Notes under the pieces: generated by a model | The model's database searches: none | Told to the model about the DNA's origin: nothing | Seen by the model: the letters and a program-made list of their open reading frames with translations, nothing else | Position numbers and translations under genes: made by a program | In this document: positions 8,608-17,258 of the stretch, in pieces | Numbering within the stretch: position 1 is the first letter of the stretch | Layout of the letters: the number at the start of each line of letters is the position of its first letter | Origin: Candidatus Thorarchaeota archaeon | GTDB lineage: Archaea; Asgardarchaeota; Heimdallarchaeia; Hodarchaeales; Hodarchaeaceae | NCBI GenBank assembly: GCA_048882505.1 | Contig: JBHLRO010000001.1 | Span: forward strand, 390,001 to 422,000 | DNA: 32,000 nt | Reading direction: 5' to 3'

Positions 8608-11097
8608 CTAACCGAGATAGTGTACTTCTAATGTCCAACATTCTCTGATTCCGAGGGTCTCGTAAGCAATTACGAGTACGAGGACTTCCGCGATGTCCGT
8701 GGCTTCGATACGGACTTTTTCTGGTGAATTCAACGTTGCACCAGAATAATCCCAGTGTAAACCGTCATCGGTGTCAAACCATGACACAATCATATCTAGA
8801 TCGGTTGCAGGATACCTAGTCCAATCATGCCTCCACGAAAGATCAAGTTGTACCCCAGCAGGGCCAAATCCGACCGATTCAAAGCCCCAAGACTCGTGGT
8901 TGTTAAGTTTACCGCTGTACACGTCGTCTGCTTTCATGCCGGGTCCTTCAACGATAGAGATTTCGACTTGCCCTGATATGGCATCAAAGGAGGTCCAATC
9001 GTTCTCAATCACTATTCGGACGTAACCTGGCATCAATGGCAGATCATACAGTAGGTCATCGTCATCTGCGTCGTACGCACCCGTACCTGTCGTACTTAGG
9101 TCCTCTATGGTAAAACTAGCGTCTCCAAAGACGTTTACCGTGTCAAGGTAAGAGACCAGCGTTGTTCGTACCGCGCTTTGGACATATACTTCGAACGAGT
9201 TCAAACCTAAGTTGGTTCCTAGGTCAATGTTCGAGAATTCTAACGAAATCTCTTTCAGATAATCCGTTGCTCTGAAGTAAAGATGACGCGCATGTCCAGG
9301 AAGGAGTTCCTTGATATTGAGAGTATATGTCTGTTCACGGGTTTTCTTGTGATACCAACCGTGCCACCAGGAGAATCCCTTAAATGGTATTTTTGTACCC
9401 TTCGGTCTAGCGGGCCACGACCAGTAATGATGACGAAGTCTGGGGTGTTCTGATCCCAGGTGTTTGTCAGCGAGTAACTTTGCCATCGATTTGCCTGCAT
9501 CCAAAAACCCTGCGCCTTGATCATATTTATCGTACCCTGATAATTTCTCAGCACCCTTGACAAGCGCTTGCTGATAATCATATGGAGAGGCTCCAACAGT
9601 TTCGCCATGATGATTCAGTAAGGCAACCGTTCCCGATACTGCAGGACATGCCATGGAAGTTCCTGAAGCCCATGCCAGGCCATACCCAGAACCTGTAATT
9701 GCCGAGAGAACGTAAATGCCGGTTGCGGAGAGAGTCGGTTTTCCGCGCCCGTCAGAAGTTGGGCCACGACTACTGAACGCATAGATTTGGGGTTCATCAC
9801 TTGTGAACAAGAAGTCGCCGATTCCGAGAATCCCATATTGAGCAACATCCCAAAAGATGCGTGTGTTTACAGGATGGGCCGCAGCTCCAACAGCTATGGC
9901 TGTGTTTGCACTACCTGGGCTACCTACCGTCATGGAAGCAGGACCATCATTTCCCGCGGAGGTGACTACTGTGATTCCAAGCGAAGTTGCATAATCCACT
10001 GTTTGATCCTCGAGATCGCGACCATCAAAAAGGGTCGAGCCACCAAGACTCATACTGATAACATCAACATCGTAAGCTCCACTAACATGTAGACTTATCG
10101 CGTGCTCAATTCCAGCAATGATGTACGATTCTGGAACCCCTGCACCAGTATGGGGGAACACTTTAATTCCATATAAATCCGCGGATGGTGCCATACCCAG
10201 AAGGGGCATTATTCTCTCAGAAGCATTGTTAGGATTGACTAAAAGTGAACCACCTGTGTGATATTCCCACGACATTGCTAATAAATCATCGTAAGGGAGG
10301 ATAATTGCCGCATGTCCGGCTACAATACCTGATACGTGTGTCCCATGCCAATGATTTGAGGGAAGATCAAAGCCTTCAAACGCTGTACCCACATCGGGGC
10401 TCATATCGACACCGCCAATCACGTTTCCTGTGAGCATTGTATGATTGGACTGAATTCCGGTGTCAATTACAACTACCAACGAATCTTGTCCGAAGTTTCC
10501 AGTCGACCAGATTGGTACGGGATTCATCGAGAAATAGTTGTAATAAGTCTCTGGATTCGATTCCAATACATTCAAAGGAAGAGTTTTAAGACGATAATTG
10601 TCCATATTAAGATTCAAGGTTTCCTCAGTTTTCATAAACGTATCTAAATCGGTTCCTCTGTCAAGGGAAGGTTGTTGAGACAATGAGGCGGGGATTCTCT
10701 GAGAATCAAGGGATACCAAGACAATTCCTGGCAGTCTCGCAATTTGCATGATCACTGAGTCGGGAATGGACGCTGCAAGTCCATTAGCATATTGGAAAGT
10801 TCGAATGTTGATAGCACCCAGCTTTGTGATAGCTTCGATTATAGGATCGTATTCCTGGGTTTCTGTTTGAATCAGGACATTGATCATTTCACCTTGATGG
10901 GTTGCAACATAATCTAGAAGAGTGGGGCTTATTGCCGGAGTTACTGGGATTACTGGGTCGATGGTACGAGAACTCTCTATATACTGAGGAACGGAAAGTA
11001 AAGGCGTTAGAACAAGGGAGCTGGCCAAAAGCACAGCGAAAGCTAACAACAGTCTGTTTGATACCTCAGTATTAGTTTTCGTCTTTAATAAATACAT
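8608..11097 (-). CDS. Secreted or membrane-anchored S8 subtilisin-like serine protease, paralog 2
   Basis: 829 aa. Hydrophobic N-terminal segment, propeptide (FQYANGLAASI), triad IDTG / HGTHVSG / GTSMACP, and AGNDG. Long blocks are near-identical to paralog 1 (e.g. GAYDVDVISMSLGG, DGRDLEDQTVD). Confidence 0.95.
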   Translation of the reverse strand: MYLLKTKTNTEVSNRLLLAFAVLLASSLVLTPLLSVPQYIESSRTIDPVIPVTPAISPTLLDYVATHQGEMINVLIQTETQEYDPIIEAITKLGAINIRTFQYANGLAASIPDSVIMQIARLPGIVLVSLDSQRIPASLSQQPSLDRGTDLDTFMKTEETLNLNMDNYRLKTLPLNVLESNPETYYNYFSMNPVPIWSTGNFGQDSLVVVIDTGIQSNHTMLTGNVIGGVDMSPDVGTAFEGFDLPSNHWHGTHVSGIVAGHAAIILPYDDLLAMSWEYHTGGSLLVNPNNASERIMPLLGMAPSADLYGIKVFPHTGAGVPESYIIAGIEHAISLHVSGAYDVDVISMSLGGSTLFDGRDLEDQTVDYATSLGITVVTSAGNDGPASMTVGSPGSANTAIAVGAAAHPVNTRIFWDVAQYGILGIGDFLFTSDEPQIYAFSSRGPTSDGRGKPTLSATGIYVLSAITGSGYGLAWASGTSMACPAVSGTVALLNHHGETVGASPYDYQQALVKGAEKLSGYDKYDQGAGFLDAGKSMAKLLADKHLGSEHPRLRHHYWSWPARPKGTKIPFKGFSWWHGWYHKKTREQTYTLNIKELLPGHARHLYFRATDYLKEISLEFSNIDLGTNLGLNSFEVYVQSAVRTTLVSYLDTVNVFGDASFTIEDLSTTGTGAYDADDDDLLYDLPLMPGYVRIVIENDWTSFDAISGQVEISIVEGPGMKADDVYSGKLNNHESWGFESVGFGPAGVQLDLSWRHDWTRYPATDLDMIVSWFDTDDGLHWDYSGATLNSPEKVRIEATDIAEVLVLVIAYETLGIRECWTLEVHYLG

Positions 11098-11585
11098 TTT
11101 TCTGTCCTCTATGGGAAGTTTTCTTTCTGTTTGGTAGTTAAATTACCTGGCCCATTAAGCCATATGGAAATATACTAGAAAACCAAAGATTCTTTCCAAA
11201 AAAGGTCTGAAAAATGGAGAGACTCTCTGGATCCACTATATTCGAGGCCAGTTCTAACACCAGATTCATTTTAAAAGGGTTTCTAGACTTTTAATCATAA
11301 ACTGTTCTGATTAGAGGCCATCGGTGAATTTAACGGTACAGGTGAATACCTGGCCAGATTGTATAGGAAAGGGTAATCAAAACAACCTACACTTCCCGAA
11401 GGAGAGATTTCTCGCATTTGGAGGATTAAATGAAATAGGATTATCGAGAAAATTATAAATAGGAGACTAAATATATCCAAAATACATCTAGGATAGTGGA
11501 AAAATAGTTTTTATTCCAAGGTTAAAAAGAAATGGAGCACTGACACAATGATTAACCTTTCTTCCTTGATCACCATTCCCAAGAG

Positions 11586-13253
11586 GTGAGTCTGGCGCGA
11601 ACGTTGGACACAGTCTGGTCGGGGATTTTCCTAGTAGGAATCGGAACTATTGGATTATTCTGGATTATTCCAACATTCTTTGTTCGCGTTTCCTTGGATC
11701 CGATCTATAACGCAATTTCAATAGTCCTGATATCCCTGGGCGTGGCAGGAATCGTTGTTTATTATTTCCTCTATAAGAATGAAAGAACTCAAATTCTTGG
11801 AGGTTTGATCTCACTCCGTGACAGTGGCCTAAAGGTCTTTCTGGAGAGGTATGAAGTACTATTGTACGGTCGTGATGCTGGCGAACTCCCCAGGATTAGT
11901 GGATTGGCTTTCAACCACAAGGCGCTGGCAATCGTTCAACCTGCGAATTTGGAAGAATTACGAAGAATCATTGTATTTTGCAATAAGTTTAGAATTCCCA
12001 TTATACCACGGGCATCTGGTACAAGTGGGTATGGAGGAGTCATTCCAATTGTTTCGGGTGTTATAGTAAGCTTGCGAGAGTTCAATAGGATTCTTATGAT
12101 AAATAAGGAAGAAAAGGCTGTAGAAGTGGAATCTGGTGTCGTTTGGGCTAGGATGATCCATAAACTGGAACAAGAGGGTTTGACTCTTGAATGTTATCCA
12201 TCATCCAGTCTCTCTTCAATGGTAGGGGGATGGATCGCCCAAGGAGGGTACGGAATAGGTAGCAGCAAGTATGGGAACATTAAGAACTCGGTTCTTTCTG
12301 TTACTCTCATCGACTCAAAAGGAGAAGAAGTAATTTTCCACGAACCTGAGGATGTTGTAGGGAGCTACGGAACATTAGGCTTTATACTTAGAATCAAACT
12401 CAAAGTTTTGACGAAAGATAACATGAACCATCTGGCGTTTACAGCGAAGCAGGAGACCGTGCTATTCCAAGCCGCGCAGGCTTTTCAATCGTTGAGTCCA
12501 TACTTCTTGCGTTATGTTGACCAAAGGAATCTTAAGCCCCTTTCCCAATCTCAGTTTGGTTTTATTCCTGAAGACCACAAACCACTTGGGGGCGGGATTT
12601 TATCAATTACTTTTAGAGGGGAAAACGAGAATCCTGCCAGAATTGAAGAAATCGTTCAAAACTATAACCTTGTCCAGCTATCAGAGGCCTGGGCAACTGA
12701 ACTTTGGAAGGATCGGTTCTATACGCTTCGAATGAAAAGGCGAGGTCCCTCGCTAATCATTGCGGAAGTAAATGTTCCAACCCACGCATTGGTTGAATTC
12801 CTTGAAAGTTTAAACCGTCAATTTGGGCCAAATCGGTTTACGAAAGAATTTATTACAAATATGGGGGATCAAACCACTGTAATGCTCTGGTTTCTCGAGG
12901 ATATTAGGAAGGCGATTCTACCAAGGTTGGGTTCACTCACTTACATGTTTCGTTCATTAAGACCTTATATCGTTTTTCAAATTGCCCGATCTTTCGGAGG
13001 CCAAGCATATAGTACCGGATTGTGGTTCAGTCCGTATTCGAAAAGCGTTCTCGGGCCCAGTTTGGCCCGATTTAGCGACCTTAAGAAGCAATTGGATCCT
13101 TATAGACTCTTTAATCCAGGGAAAATTTGGGCACCTTACTTCCCTAGATTTTTCCCGATAATTCCATTTTCAGTTGTGGTCCGTTTATTCATACCGATTT
13201 TGTCATTCCTTCATCGAATACTCCCTCAGAAACTCAAAAGAGCCATTTTTTAG
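11586..13253 (+). CDS. FAD-linked oxidase/oxidoreductase (VAO/PCMH, GlcD-like) with two N-terminal TM helices
   Basis: 555 aa. PRASGTSGYGG, VEVESGVVW, YPSSSLSSMVGGWIAQGGYG, GSYGTLGFI and C-terminal DPYRLFNPGK are typical of the FAD-binding PCMH plus FAD-oxidase C-terminal architecture. Confidence 0.85.
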   Translation: MSLARTLDTVWSGIFLVGIGTIGLFWIIPTFFVRVSLDPIYNAISIVLISLGVAGIVVYYFLYKNERTQILGGLISLRDSGLKVFLERYEVLLYGRDAGELPRISGLAFNHKALAIVQPANLEELRRIIVFCNKFRIPIIPRASGTSGYGGVIPIVSGVIVSLREFNRILMINKEEKAVEVESGVVWARMIHKLEQEGLTLECYPSSSLSSMVGGWIAQGGYGIGSSKYGNIKNSVLSVTLIDSKGEEVIFHEPEDVVGSYGTLGFILRIKLKVLTKDNMNHLAFTAKQETVLFQAAQAFQSLSPYFLRYVDQRNLKPLSQSQFGFIPEDHKPLGGGILSITFRGENENPARIEEIVQNYNLVQLSEAWATELWKDRFYTLRMKRRGPSLIIAEVNVPTHALVEFLESLNRQFGPNRFTKEFITNMGDQTTVMLWFLEDIRKAILPRLGSLTYMFRSLRPYIVFQIARSFGGQAYSTGLWFSPYSKSVLGPSLARFSDLKKQLDPYRLFNPGKIWAPYFPRFFPIIPFSVVVRLFIPILSFLHRILPQKLKRAIF

Positions 13254-13274
13254 GAGTTTAAACACTATTCATGC

Positions 13275-14069
13275 TTATTCTTCATTTTGATCTGAAATTC
13301 CTTCTGAACAATGTTTTTGGACAAACTCATGGATTTTTTCAAATGCTTCTTCGGCCTCCTCGGAATAAAAAAACCATCGGGCCCCTTTCTCATGGGTATA
13401 ACGTTCTTTTAGAGGAGTGTTGACTAGTTTATCATAGATGAAATCAGAAGAAGTATGATCATCTTTATGATGAATGATCAGGGTAGGCTGAGATATGAGA
13501 GAAAGCCGCTGGTTTGTAAATCCGATGATCCGATATAGTTCTATTAGGGCCTCAGTAGGTCGTTTTGTATAGAAAAACTGGCCATCCTCATCCATTGAAT
13601 CTAAAGAACCAAGATCAGAGACTGTTTGGAAATCTTTTTTGAAATATTTAATGAAAGGTAATATTGTTTTTACCATGGCTGAGGGGGCGTGATGACTTGG
13701 CGTAATCAGAATTAAACCATGAATGTTTTCTCGTTCAGGAGATGCTGCGAGCATTACTGCTAGAATAGAGCCAAGTCCAACTCCTATAATTATACACCGT
13801 TCGTAGGTTTCCCTTAAATAAACAAATCCCGCTCTTGCATCGGCATACCAGTCGAGCCATGTGGTATTCCGTAAATCTTCTGGATGAGAGCCGTGTCCCG
13901 GAAGAAGCGGCGCAATGCCAGAATACCCTTTGTTGCGCAAATAAGCTCCAAGTGGCCTGACCTCGGAGGGACTTGTTGTAAACGAATGAATAAGTAGACA
14001 TCCTATGGATTGATTCTTGCCATACCCCTTGAATTCAAATGGTAACGCTACTGGGTCGATCTCGTGCAT
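13275..14069 (-). CDS. Alpha/beta-hydrolase, carboxylesterase (Est30/YvaK-like) fold, apparently lacking the catalytic Ser and His
   Basis: GCLLIHSFTTSPSEVRPLG, APLLPGHG, WLDWYADA and PTLIIH match the family. The nucleophile elbow reads GVGLGS. Confidence 0.75.
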   Translation of the reverse strand: MHEIDPVALPFEFKGYGKNQSIGCLLIHSFTTSPSEVRPLGAYLRNKGYSGIAPLLPGHGSHPEDLRNTTWLDWYADARAGFVYLRETYERCIIIGVGLGSILAVMLAASPERENIHGLILITPSHHAPSAMVKTILPFIKYFKKDFQTVSDLGSLDSMDEDGQFFYTKRPTEALIELYRIIGFTNQRLSLISQPTLIIHHKDDHTSSDFIYDKLVNTPLKERYTHEKGARWFFYSEEAEEAFEKIHEFVQKHCSEGISDQNEE

Positions 14070-14170
14070 GAACTCCGCTCGGTAGGTTTCTACGAGACTT
14101 TTTTAATAAGCTTTATTGAACTAGTTAGACTGAAGATAGTCGTGTATGTAACTTAAGAATTCACCGCCAT

Positions 14171-14956
14171 ATGGGAAAGATCATGTCTTCGGGTCACCAA
14201 TTTCAAACAGGTCTTCGTAGCTTGGATATTTTTTTAGGGGGCGAGGATAATCCTGGCCTACCAGACAAAAGCGTCATTCTTGTTCTTGGCCAACCAGGTA
14301 CCAAATTCGTAGAATTTACGACTCAAATCCTTTTTCGAATTCTTGAGCGGGGCTCGACTCAAAAAGTCATTTACCTTAGCTATGAAAAAAAACTTGAAGA
14401 TATAGTTGAAGAAATGCAAGTTTATAATTTTAACCTGGAGAATTACATCAAGGACGGTAAATGGGAATTTATGGACGCTTTCACCGCCAGAATTGCAGCT
14501 GAAAGTGCTGTTATCGGATTACATAATCTTCCTGGCGCAAATTTTGGTAAAGAGTACGCCCAAGACTCGTTGAGATATTTTAGCAGGCAATTTATTCCAG
14601 AAGTTCTCAAATATGATAGTATTTGTACTTGTATTCACTCTATGTCTTCATTGATTAGAAGTAACTCCATAGAATCTGTAAGCATTGCTATTGAGACCTT
14701 AAAACATATAGTAAGGGGCCGTTCTGGGGTTCATTTTATATTAATGGTTAAAAACATGCATGACCCTCCTATTGAGGTTTTATCGTCTCATCTTGCAGAT
14801 TTCGTCTTCGAAATTTCTTTCGGTAGAGTAGGTGGCGGCAAAATTCAAATCAATTTTGCAGTAAGAAAATCATGGAAATCCACACTGCTTCCGATCTCCG
14901 TCCCAATGACCATTGACCGTAGAGGAATCCGTCTCGAAACGGTGGTACGAGTATAA
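14171..14956 (+). CDS. KaiC/RAD55-like RecA-fold protein with degenerate Walker motifs
   Basis: TGLRSLDIFLGG, GLPDKSVILVLGQPGT, IYLSYE, ADFVFEI and RGIRL follow the single-domain KaiC/RAD55 pattern. Confidence 0.75.
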   Translation: MGKIMSSGHQFQTGLRSLDIFLGGEDNPGLPDKSVILVLGQPGTKFVEFTTQILFRILERGSTQKVIYLSYEKKLEDIVEEMQVYNFNLENYIKDGKWEFMDAFTARIAAESAVIGLHNLPGANFGKEYAQDSLRYFSRQFIPEVLKYDSICTCIHSMSSLIRSNSIESVSIAIETLKHIVRGRSGVHFILMVKNMHDPPIEVLSSHLADFVFEISFGRVGGGKIQINFAVRKSWKSTLLPISVPMTIDRRGIRLETVVRV

Positions 14957-15084
14957 TCAATATCCCTTTGTAGTGTTAAATAATCGGATAGTTTTGAGGA
15001 ATTACTCTCGATAATTCGAAATAACTCGAAGTAATATTTTACGCCATTGACTCCGTAAATAGGCCTCAAGTCCTTAAATCACTC

Positions 15085-16014
15085 TTACTTGAAGAAAACA
15101 TTGTTTGGCCGAACATTAGGATATCTACGGTAGGACGAGATAGAGTAAACGAAATTAATCATGTCCCGTCGAAGGGGGGGTAGCTTATATAGAACTACGT
15201 TAGGTTTAGTATCCGATAGATCAATGAGGGCATATTTATACCGGGCCGCTGGACCTGGATTAACATAAATGCAGTTCGTGGTTTCCTTAACTAGAGGGAT
15301 TTCATGATAGTGCCCAAAAACTGCGATGTCTGGATTAAAAAACTGTATCAGCTTGGAAACTGTGGCCGACCCGCCTTGACCTATTCCTGATTGTTTCTGT
15401 ATTTCAAACTCAGGGGGTTCATGAGTGATTAGAATTCGCGTAATTTTTGGATCTGAGGAATCGAAATCCCTACTACTATTGAATAACGGATTTGTTCTTT
15501 CCCTATACTTAAGGGGGTGATATTCGCGATCACAGAGGGGCATTTTAGATCGTGAACTATCTAATTCAGAACCACCTACTCCAATGAATTCGATATCATT
15601 TAAAACAACCTTTGCGCAGTCCAAGAAGTACGTCTCGGCCTCCGAATGTTGCAGGATTGTTTCTCTTACCTCGATACAATCAACATTTCCAGGGACATAT
15701 ATTATTGGAATACTAAGAGTTCCCAAAAGCCCTAGTATTTTCTTAATGGAGTGTTTTTGTATTGAAAGAAACTTTGACCTTCCTTTTCCTTTGTATACCC
15801 AACTTGTATAGCCAGTTTTAGATAAAGCTCTCAACGGGTGTTTTATCATGAATTCAAACATCAATGAGACCTGGGTGGTCGCGGGCATATCACCAGCAAT
15901 CAGGATTAAATCAAAGTTTAATCCTCGACTATTTATATGCTTCATAACAGTAGAAAGGGCGGTTAAATTTCCATGAATGTCGGAGAGGACTAATATTCTC
16001 ACATTAATGCCCAC
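15085..16014 (-). CDS. Calcineurin-like metallophosphoesterase (Icc-related)
   Basis: Complete motif set: SDIHGN, AGDM, PGNVD, THEPP, GHYHE, VNPG. Confidence 0.9.
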   Translation of the reverse strand: MGINVRILVLSDIHGNLTALSTVMKHINSRGLNFDLILIAGDMPATTQVSLMFEFMIKHPLRALSKTGYTSWVYKGKGRSKFLSIQKHSIKKILGLLGTLSIPIIYVPGNVDCIEVRETILQHSEAETYFLDCAKVVLNDIEFIGVGGSELDSSRSKMPLCDREYHPLKYRERTNPLFNSSRDFDSSDPKITRILITHEPPEFEIQKQSGIGQGGSATVSKLIQFFNPDIAVFGHYHEIPLVKETTNCIYVNPGPAARYKYALIDLSDTKPNVVLYKLPPLRRDMINFVYSISSYRRYPNVRPNNVFFK

Positions 16015-16062
16015 TCATTTGATTGATCCTGCTGTTCTCAATACTTCTGCAATAGATCCCTG

Positions 16063-16617
16063 TTATCTAACTTCGTAATGTTGTTCCTTACGTTCCACAA
16101 TTTTTTTTCCGATTTCTTGGAACGGTTCCAAATTATTCTCTAAATAAAGGGCACTTGCTTCAATTAGAGGGGCCACATCCATACTATGTTTCAATAACGT
16201 TTCCCCCATTTTCATTCCTTCTGAGGTAGTTACTGGATCCTGTAATGTGTTTCGTAAGTCTATTTTATTTGCAACTAGGACGCAGGGAATAGAACCCGTT
16301 TTCTCAAGCACTTCATTCATCCAATTTGGAACGTTCTCGAAAGTTCCTCGACGAGAACAATCATACACAATTACCGCACCGTCAGCTCTGGCATAAAATT
16401 GTTTTCTGATAGTGCTAAAGGTCTGTTGCCCTGAAAGGTCCCAGATCTGCATGATCAGAGTGTGGTTGTCGACCTTGAGACTTTTCTTGCCAATATCTAC
16501 ACCAACAGTAGCTCTGTATCCAGTAAGGACCGTACCCCCCAAAAAAGACTGAACAAAAGTAGTTTTCCCGACTGCGTAATCTCCACACATTACGATTTTG
16601 GTTCCAATGGTTGCCAT
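16063..16617 (-). CDS. Rab-like small GTPase (Ras superfamily)
   Basis: G1 GDYAVGKT, G2 ATVGVD, G3 WDLSGQ, G4 NKID, G5 EASA. Rab-type segments MQIWD, FYARADG and VYDCS. No C-terminal cysteine. Confidence 0.92.
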   Translation of the reverse strand: MATIGTKIVMCGDYAVGKTTFVQSFLGGTVLTGYRATVGVDIGKKSLKVDNHTLIMQIWDLSGQQTFSTIRKQFYARADGAVIVYDCSRRGTFENVPNWMNEVLEKTGSIPCVLVANKIDLRNTLQDPVTTSEGMKMGETLLKHSMDVAPLIEASALYLENNLEPFQEIGKKIVERKEQHYEVR

Positions 16618-16653
16618 GGTGGACTACCAATAACTGAATAATTTACTGGGTGC

Positions 16654-16935
16654 TTAGCGATAATGATGCCCCGTTTGTAACAGACGGTCATCGATTTCAT
16701 CTTCATCTACCACTAGATCGAAGCCTGCACCTATCCGTAGGCCGTTCTTGAGCTGGTATCCAGATTTGCAAATGTTCTCAGCCTGGCGACGTGCTGTACG
16801 CCGCAGGACTAAGCCAATCCCCTCTAAGTATTCGAGTTTTGCCGATTGAGTTACTTCATCAAGGTGGAGAACTGCATCGCCAGATCGTTCTCTAACCTCC
16901 GTAAACTCTCCATCTTTAAATATGAGCCTAACCAT
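16654..16935 (-). CDS. Small protein, probable single-domain gelsolin/cofilin-fold (Asgard ProGel-like) actin regulator
   Basis: About 93 aa, with AGGAGA upstream of the ATG at 16935. SGDAVLHLD-x5-KLEYLEG-x5-RRTARRQAENI resembles the gelsolin-repeat pattern (D-hydrophobic-D strand, second strand ending in G, long basic helix). The CDS is well supported; the fold assignment is pattern-level only. Confidence 0.5.
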   Translation of the reverse strand: MVRLIFKDGEFTEVRERSGDAVLHLDEVTQSAKLEYLEGIGLVLRRTARRQAENICKSGYQLKNGLRIGAGFDLVVDEDEIDDRLLQTGHHYR

Positions 16936-17258
16936 CACCAAAAATCTCCTTAAAGCAGATCAAAGCTTTGAGAACGATCGCATATGTATCATCCTTAAGC
17001 CAGATAACATAAAAGTCTAGAGCTATTACTCTATAAATACATTTGTTAAAAACTCCTGAAATATGACAGTAAAATCGACCTTGTCCTACGGTTTGTTCGC
17101 CCATTTAGGAATTATAATCGTAATCTATGTTAGATATCATAGTAATTCTCCCAACAATCTTTCTATGATCAAGTACGAAGATAATGAACCAGAAAATCAG
17201 CTTAGATCCAAGGTAAATTAATGAATAGATTTCTACGGATTCGCAAAAACAGATTCAA

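Noticed and set aside
11295-11480. 61-aa ORF with a hydrophobic N-terminus
   Set aside because: It could be a small membrane protein, but it has no RBS or motif and lies in a divergent promoter region; not supportable.
15005-15035. Three short TCGA-(A)ATAA-like repeats between convergent genes
   Set aside because: Too short and degenerate, with no spacers; not a CRISPR array or a meaningful tandem repeat.
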